Source: Blastocatellia bacterium
GTDB taxonomy: Bacteria > Acidobacteriota > Blastocatellia > UBA7656
Assembly (NCBI GenBank): GCA_035575515.1
Contig: DATLXU010000079.1
Span: 1 to 64,000, forward strand
DNA length: 64,000 nucleotides
Direction: 5' to 3'
Shown here: one piece after another, positions 58,283 through 64,000 of the stretch
Position numbering within the stretch: the stretch's first letter is position 1
How the letters are laid out: each line of letters starts with the position of its first letter
Notes under the pieces: model-generated
Seen by the model: the letters and a program-made list of their open reading frames with translations, nothing else
Database searches by the model: none
What the model was told of the DNA's origin: nothing
Program-made: the position numbers and the translations under genes

Positions 58283-60181
58283 CTATTCAAGATATGTGTA
58301 TCGGTTGATGTCGCTCTCATATTGCTTGATGAGCGCGTCGGCTTCTTCCTGCGTCATCAGCCCTGCGGCGACGCGCGCTTTTGTCATCCGCGCGAAGTTA
58401 TCCCATGCCTGATTCTTGTCGTAGCGGGCGAACGCAATCATATCGCCGACGCGGCTGCCCGGAACGATCTTCTTGATGTGATAGCGCCCTTCCGTGTCAA
58501 TTATGACGTGAGCTTCGTTTGGCCGACCAAACAGGTTGTGATAGCTCCCCATCACTTCCTGGTACGCGCCCACTAAAAATATCGCTATGTAATATGGCTC
58601 GCCCGTGAACGGATGAAGCTCCAGCACCTCTTTCACGTCTTTCAAATCAACGAACTTGTCAATGTGACCGTCCGAGTCGCACGTTATGTCGACGAATGTC
58701 GCGTAATCCGTAGGCTGCTCGTTCAACCGGTGAATCGGCATTATCGGGAACAACTGATCAATGGCCCAATGATCCGGCGCGGAGCGAAACACTGAAAAGT
58801 TGCAGAGGTACTTTGACGCTAAGATTTTCTTCAGTTCGTCAAACTCTTCTTCCTGCACTTTGGCGTTTTGCGCAAACTTCGACGCGCGCGCGCAGACTTC
58901 CCAGAACAACACTTCGCCTTTCGCACGGTCTTCGAGGCTTATGAGTCCGAGATTGAATTGCGTGTGAAGCTCGTCCTTGTGATCGAGCGCATCGTGATAG
59001 TACTCGCGATAGTTCTTCGAGTTTATGTCGTCGTAGAGAGCCTTGAGTTCGGCTATCACCTGCGGGTCGTCTTCATCAACGGTGACTTCGGGCTGGTCGT
59101 CTGCGAAGGTTTCTATCTCGTCGCGGATCGAAGTGATGAAGACCGCGTGATAAGCCGACAGCGCGCGCCCGCTTTCGGTCACAAGGTTCGGCTCCGGCAC
59201 ATTCTCATCTTCGCAGACAGACTTGATTGTATAGACGACGTCGTTTGCGAACTCCTGCGCCGTGTAGTTTACGGATGATTCAAAAGTAGTCTTTGAGCCG
59301 TCGTAGTCGACGCCCATGCCGCCGCCAATGTCGAGATATTCGATGTCGACGTGCATCTGGCGAATCTTCGAATAGACGCGAGCGGCTTCCTTCATCGCCG
59401 CTTTCACGCGCTTGATGTCGGTTATCTGCGAGCCTATGTGAAAATGCAATAGCTTGAGCGCGTCTATCATCTCGAATTCGCGCAGGAGCCGTATGCATTC
59501 GAGCATCTCCGATGGCGTCAGCCCGAACTTGGCCGACTCGCCGCCCGACGAAGCCCACTTGCCTGAACCCTTAGAGTAGAGCTTCGCGCGCAGCCCTATC
59601 ATCGGGTGCACACCTGTCTCCTGCGCGCGGCGAATAATCACCTTTAGCTCATTTAATTTTTCGACGACTATAATGACGCGCTTGCCGATCTGAATCCCCA
59701 TCAGCGCGAGGTTGATGAACGGCTCGTCTTTGAACCCATTGCAGATGAGCAAAGAGTCGGGCGTTTGATCTAAGGAGAGCGCGGCGTAAAGCTCGGCCTT
59801 CGAGCCGCACTCGACGCCGAAGTTGTACTTCGAGCCTTCGCGCAGGAATTCTTCGACAACTTCGCGGCGCGGATTGACCTTCATCGGGAAGACGCCGAAG
59901 TGGCCGCCCGCATAATTGAACTCGCGCGAGGCGTCCTGAAAGGCGCGGTGGAGCTTCTTCAACTGGTTCGTGAGAATTTGCGGGAAACGAAGCAGGATGG
60001 GAAGCTGCAATCGGCGCTGCTCTACCAGATCGTCTATCAACTCTTTGACGTCGACAGATCGAGCATCGCCTTCAGCGGGGCGCACGGCAAGATGTCCTTT
60101 TCGGTTTACCTCAAAGTATCCCGCTCCCCAGTTCTCCACACCATAGGTCTGAATGACCTCTTCAAGTGTGACGTTTTTCAT
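58283..60181 (-). CDS. speA: biosynthetic arginine decarboxylase
   Basis: N-terminal YGVENWGAGYFEVN, PLP-fold (FPMKVN..), full-length SpeA-like. Confidence 0.9.
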   Translation of the reverse strand: MKNVTLEEVIQTYGVENWGAGYFEVNRKGHLAVRPAEGDARSVDVKELIDDLVEQRRLQLPILLRFPQILTNQLKKLHRAFQDASREFNYAGGHFGVFPMKVNPRREVVEEFLREGSKYNFGVECGSKAELYAALSLDQTPDSLLICNGFKDEPFINLALMGIQIGKRVIIVVEKLNELKVIIRRAQETGVHPMIGLRAKLYSKGSGKWASSGGESAKFGLTPSEMLECIRLLREFEMIDALKLLHFHIGSQITDIKRVKAAMKEAARVYSKIRQMHVDIEYLDIGGGMGVDYDGSKTTFESSVNYTAQEFANDVVYTIKSVCEDENVPEPNLVTESGRALSAYHAVFITSIRDEIETFADDQPEVTVDEDDPQVIAELKALYDDINSKNYREYYHDALDHKDELHTQFNLGLISLEDRAKGEVLFWEVCARASKFAQNAKVQEEEFDELKKILASKYLCNFSVFRSAPDHWAIDQLFPIMPIHRLNEQPTDYATFVDITCDSDGHIDKFVDLKDVKEVLELHPFTGEPYYIAIFLVGAYQEVMGSYHNLFGRPNEAHVIIDTEGRYHIKKIVPGSRVGDMIAFARYDKNQAWDNFARMTKARVAAGLMTQEEADALIKQYESDINRYTYLE

Positions 60182-60485
60182 CTATAGCCTTCCCCGCCGG
60201 ACGTACATGCCGTGAAAATGGACGGACTTACAAGTGATTGAATTTATCAGATTGAGACAGCGAGTGTAAAGAACTTTTTTTCTTGAGCCTTGCGCGCATC
60301 TTGCATGTAATCGCTGATTATTCAAGGGGCTACGGGCGCATCGGGGCTTTAGAATTTGGGTGAAAACTGACTTTCAACTCTTATCGGTATCAACACTTCG
60401 CATTTCGGGCGCTGCTCGATTGCTTGACACCCCGCCGCGCATCACTTACAAAGTTAGTTTCACCTTGAAGCAAAGGAGTCGCTCC

Positions 60486-61487
60486 ATGTTCGTCTTACGA
60501 CCTTCCTCGCCGCTCAGAACTTTTCAGCCGGAACGCGCGCCGCAGCCCGTAGAACCCATAGAGATAACGCTGCTTGCGGACATCGAAGCTCCCGCTGAAC
60601 CTTACATTGATCCCGGTCTGCCCGTGCCCGAAGACTACGACGTCGACATCATTCGCGCTTTGCTTCAAGACCCGTTTCGCATATTTATTTACTGGGAGGT
60701 GAGAGAAGAAAGCCTTGCTGCGCTCACCAGATATTTCTCCGCCGAAGACGCGACCCGGTTTCGCACAGTGCTGAAGCTCAGAGATGTTGAGGGAGGACAA
60801 GAACCGCTGTTTGAAGTCGGACGACGAGGCCGCTACTGGATGATGGTCTTCCCCGACCGCGAATATGAATTTGAGATAGGGGTTCATTCGCCCGCGCACG
60901 GTTACATCATGCTCGTTCGCTCGAATCGCGTGCGCACGCCGCGCGGGACCGTCTCGCCTGTGCCTCCGCAGGAAGATCGGTATCGAATGAGTCCTCCTGA
61001 ATTCGTTCAGGTTATGGAAGCCTCGGGCTTCGGCGCGCAGCAGGCCCTGGGCATAACCGTAGCAGCCATGCCCGGCGCGCACGCGGAGGCCGAACCGCTC
61101 ACTGCGGCGCTCACTAAACTTCCTGACGCTGTGCGGACGGCTGTGCTTGTTGCGGGCGCGGGCGGCGAGCTTACCTATCAGATGATTGAGGAGTTGCCCG
61201 AACCGCTCAGAAGCGAGTTATTAAAATTATGGTTTGCAAGCGGCGGGCAGATAACGGCTGCGGGATTGATGCATTACCTGCCTGAGCTGTTGCGCGAAGC
61301 GATTGAAGACGAGCGCGAGTTGATAGGCGATCACGTTCACCCGCTGCACGTCGCGCCGCGCTTTTTCGTCGGCGCATCCGAAAACGCCGCGTGGCCCGGA
61401 CAGGAATTCCAACTGCCCGCGCTGCCACAAGGAAGAGTTCCTGGTTCATTGTCTCCGGTTTCTAGTTGGACGCTCAAAGGTATGTAA
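60486..61487 (+). CDS. DUF4912-domain protein
   Basis: aaaggag RBS before the ATG at 60486. FRIFIYWEV motif. Typical neighbour of GH57 enzymes. Confidence 0.5.
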   Translation: MFVLRPSSPLRTFQPERAPQPVEPIEITLLADIEAPAEPYIDPGLPVPEDYDVDIIRALLQDPFRIFIYWEVREESLAALTRYFSAEDATRFRTVLKLRDVEGGQEPLFEVGRRGRYWMMVFPDREYEFEIGVHSPAHGYIMLVRSNRVRTPRGTVSPVPPQEDRYRMSPPEFVQVMEASGFGAQQALGITVAAMPGAHAEAEPLTAALTKLPDAVRTAVLVAGAGGELTYQMIEELPEPLRSELLKLWFASGGQITAAGLMHYLPELLREAIEDERELIGDHVHPLHVAPRFFVGASENAAWPGQEFQLPALPQGRVPGSLSPVSSWTLKGM

Positions 61488-61539
61488 GAACTGGAACAGG
61501 CCAGACCAGAAATTATAAACGAGAAACCAGAAACCAAGA

Positions 61540-63123
61540 ATGGAACAAGGACTTCTTGCTATAGTGCTTCATGCGCACCTGCCTTTTGTGCGCCACCCTG
61601 AATATCCTGAGTTTTTGGAAGAAGACTGGCTCTTTGAAGCCATCAGCGAAACCTACATCCCGCTGCTGAGCACCTTTGAAGGCTGCGCGCTCGATGGCGT
61701 CCCCGTGCGCGTGACGATGGGACTCACGCCGCCGCTTTGCGAGATGCTCGCAGACCCGCTGCTTCAGGACCGCTACCTCCGCCACGTTAACAAACTCGTC
61801 GAGTTGTGTGAGCGTGAGATTGAGCGCACGCGCGACCAGTGGCCGCTTAACGAAACCGCGAAGATGTATCACCGCCACTTCTCGCGAGCGCGCGACCTGT
61901 TTGAGAATCGCTACCACCGCAACCTGCTCAACGGCTTTCGCGCGCTTCAGGAAGCGGGCGCGATTGACATAATAACCTGCGGCGCAACTCACGGATTTCT
62001 GCCGCTGATTCACCGCCGCGAGGCCCGCCGCGCGCAGATCGAAGTTGGCCGCCGAAATTACATCAAACACTTTGGCCGCCAGCCGCAAGGGATGTGGCTG
62101 CCCGAATGCGCTTACGATTATGGCCTCGACGAGCTTGTGCGCGACGCGGGGATTCGATTCTTCTTCGTCGACGCGCACGCCATTATGTTCGGCACGCCGC
62201 AGCCGCGTCGCGGCATCTACGCGCCTGTCATTTTGCCATCGGGCGTCGCCGCGTTTGCGCGCGATGTCGAGACGAGCGAGCAGGTGTGGAGTTCGGACAT
62301 AGGCTATCCGGGCGATCCCGATTATCGAGAGTTCTACCGCGATCTTGGATTCGACGCCGATTACGAATATATAAAGCCCTACCTGCACAGCGACGGCGTC
62401 AGGCGCAATCTCGGAATTAAATATTACCGCGTGACGGGCAAAGTTGATCTGGGGCAGAAACAGCATTACGTGCCGGAATGGGCTGTGGGCAAAGCCGCGC
62501 AGCACGCGGGCCACTTCATGTTCAACCGGCAGGCGCAGGCTCGCTATCTCCGTTCAGTGCTTGGCCGCAAGCCGATGATAGTTTCGCCGTATGACGCGGA
62601 GCTGTTCGGCCACTGGTGGTTCGAAGGACCGCAGTTCCTAAATTACCTGATTCGCAAGATTCATTTCGATCAGAACGAGATTCGACTTGCGACGCCGCTC
62701 GACTACTTGAACGAATACGACGACAACCAGCATCAGCAGATAAGCACATCGTCGTGGGGCGCGGAAGGCTATTATCGCGTATGGATCAACGGCGAGAACG
62801 AATGGATGTACCTGCACCAGCACGTCGCCGAAGATCGTATGATCGAGCTTGCGCGCGAGCACCCAAACGCTGATGGACTCTTGCGCCGCGCATTGAATCA
62901 AGCCGCGCGCGAATTGCTGCTGGCTGAAAGCTCTGATTGGGCATTCATCATAACGACGGCGACCAGCGTTCAATACGCGAAGAAACGATTCCGCGACCAC
63001 ATCCACCGCTTCAACAGGCTCTACGAGATGATCAAGCGAAATGAGATTGACGAGCGGTGGTTAATCGAGGTCGAATCCCGCGACACGATCTTTCAGGAGA
63101 TTGATTACCGCGTTTATCAATAG
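61540..63123 (+). CDS. glycoside hydrolase family 57 (1,4-alpha-glucan branching enzyme-like)
   Basis: N-terminal LAIVLHAHLPFVRHPEYP, ITCGATHGFLPL, WLPECAY GH57 signatures. Confidence 0.8.
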   Translation: MEQGLLAIVLHAHLPFVRHPEYPEFLEEDWLFEAISETYIPLLSTFEGCALDGVPVRVTMGLTPPLCEMLADPLLQDRYLRHVNKLVELCEREIERTRDQWPLNETAKMYHRHFSRARDLFENRYHRNLLNGFRALQEAGAIDIITCGATHGFLPLIHRREARRAQIEVGRRNYIKHFGRQPQGMWLPECAYDYGLDELVRDAGIRFFFVDAHAIMFGTPQPRRGIYAPVILPSGVAAFARDVETSEQVWSSDIGYPGDPDYREFYRDLGFDADYEYIKPYLHSDGVRRNLGIKYYRVTGKVDLGQKQHYVPEWAVGKAAQHAGHFMFNRQAQARYLRSVLGRKPMIVSPYDAELFGHWWFEGPQFLNYLIRKIHFDQNEIRLATPLDYLNEYDDNQHQQISTSSWGAEGYYRVWINGENEWMYLHQHVAEDRMIELAREHPNADGLLRRALNQAARELLLAESSDWAFIITTATSVQYAKKRFRDHIHRFNRLYEMIKRNEIDERWLIEVESRDTIFQEIDYRVYQ

Positions 63124-63184
63124 GGCGAGTGGAACAGTCAATCTAACCTTAGTCACTTTATGAGCGGCTTTCATTATCATTCAT

Positions 63185-63204
63185 GGCTTGAAGCGGCTCA
63201 AGCC
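63185..63204. terminator. convergent hairpin ggcttga-agcggc-tcaagcc
   Basis: 7-bp stem between convergent genes. Confidence 0.3.
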
Positions 63205-63224
63205 GCAGGCGTGAATCCACCACG

Positions 63225-63932
63225 TCATTTCACCCGCGGGCGGTAAATCGCAGTGTGGCGCACCTGCTGGACTATGCGATTTGAGTTTGCGACCAACAGC
63301 AAATCCACGACGACAAACTCATGGCCCTTGCGCTCATAGCAATCGCGTATGCGGCCACGGGCGGAAATGGTTTCGCCGCTGCGCGCAAAGCTCCAGTTAA
63401 TCACATCGCTTGCCGCGTGAATCCATGGGCCGAGCTTGAAGTTGCGCATCAATATCTGATTCGCGAGGTTAAGATAGACAATCGGATGCGCGACTGCGCT
63501 CGGCCCGAAGTAAATCGGCAGCCGCTCGCCTATAATTTCAAGCAAAGACGTATCGGCGAGGTCGAGCCTTTCCGTCACTGCGCCAAGCACCATGCCTTTG
63601 ACAAGCGTTTCGCGCGAAGCGACGCAGCGCGAGGCTGAGGGAGGCAGCGGCTTTTCAGGAAAAAATTCAAGGCGCGGCTCGCCAAGCCACATGAAATCTT
63701 CGTCAATCGTTGCAAGCCCGCTTGCGCACACAGCGCCGTCGTCGCGCGAGGCCGTGACTGTAACTTTGATCGGCTCCGCGCTCGCGTCAACTTCGCCGCG
63801 CACTATAACTTCATCATCTTCATAAAACGGATGATGAAACTTCACCTGCATCGAACCGCGCTCAAGCCATGCCCGCTCGAATCTTTCGACGAGCGGGACT
63901 GTCATATAAGCGTAAACGACAACGCCCGGCAC
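63225..63932 (-). CDS. hot-dog-fold (MaoC-like dehydratase?) protein; 5' end may extend past the track start
   Basis: Weak fold-level pattern only. Confidence 0.35.
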   Translation of the reverse strand: MPGVVVYAYMTVPLVERFERAWLERGSMQVKFHHPFYEDDEVIVRGEVDASAEPIKVTVTASRDDGAVCASGLATIDEDFMWLGEPRLEFFPEKPLPPSASRCVASRETLVKGMVLGAVTERLDLADTSLLEIIGERLPIYFGPSAVAHPIVYLNLANQILMRNFKLGPWIHAASDVINWSFARSGETISARGRIRDCYERKGHEFVVVDLLLVANSNRIVQQVRHTAIYRPRVK

Positions 63933-64000
63933 AAGCCCGCCGCGAAATCCGTATTGAGATGCAACCGCATCGTCGTGAATCTTATTTTCGGATTCGACGG

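Overview
High-GC (~60%) bacterial chromosomal segment, probably from an Acidobacteriota-like organism. The cues are TonB receptors with CarbopepD_reg domains, a TPR/FG-GAP/ASPIC-UnbV giant protein, a caa3 oxidase and a XoxF-type gene; this placement is an inference. The window is mostly dense core genes on both strands.

Genes I can support from sequence motifs:
- hutI, alaS, gyrA, pilT, recX.
- A caa3-type cytochrome c oxidase operon: ctaG-like assembly factor, a small TM protein, subunits III, I and II, and a cytochrome c.
- Directly adjacent on the same strand, a PQQ methanol/ethanol-family dehydrogenase with the XoxF-like D-Y-D signature and its XoxJ/MoxJ-like periplasmic partner.
- An ECF sigma / zinc-finger anti-sigma pair.
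- An S8 protease, an Nramp-related transporter, and a hybrid GAF/PAS histidine kinase-receiver.
- A flotillin-like SPFH protein with internal tandem modules.
- A polyamine operon: speA, a deoxyhypusine-synthase-like gene, and speB.
- A GH57 + DUF4912 pair, and a Ser/Thr kinase with an N-terminal propeller.

Non-coding structure is rich:
- A REP-like palindrome family (GGGCAGGGCTTGTCCCTGCCC) at four loci.
- Three intercistronic long hairpins whose arms are short tandem repeats.
- A duplicated ~50-nt structured leader motif.
- A near-consensus sigma70-like promoter with a G11 tract in its spacer.
- Several rho-independent-type terminators.

Two lower-GC, +strand insertions carry disrupted DNA methyltransferases. 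One is a HEAT-repeat + SPPY-type MTase broken by two compensating frameshifts. The other is a beta-class MTase with a ~330-aa C-terminal wH/nuclease-like extension, interrupted by a single in-frame TGA at a conserved Trp position. These look like decayed or phase-off restriction-modification (RM)-type islands.

I saw no rRNA, tRNA, CRISPR array or transposase.
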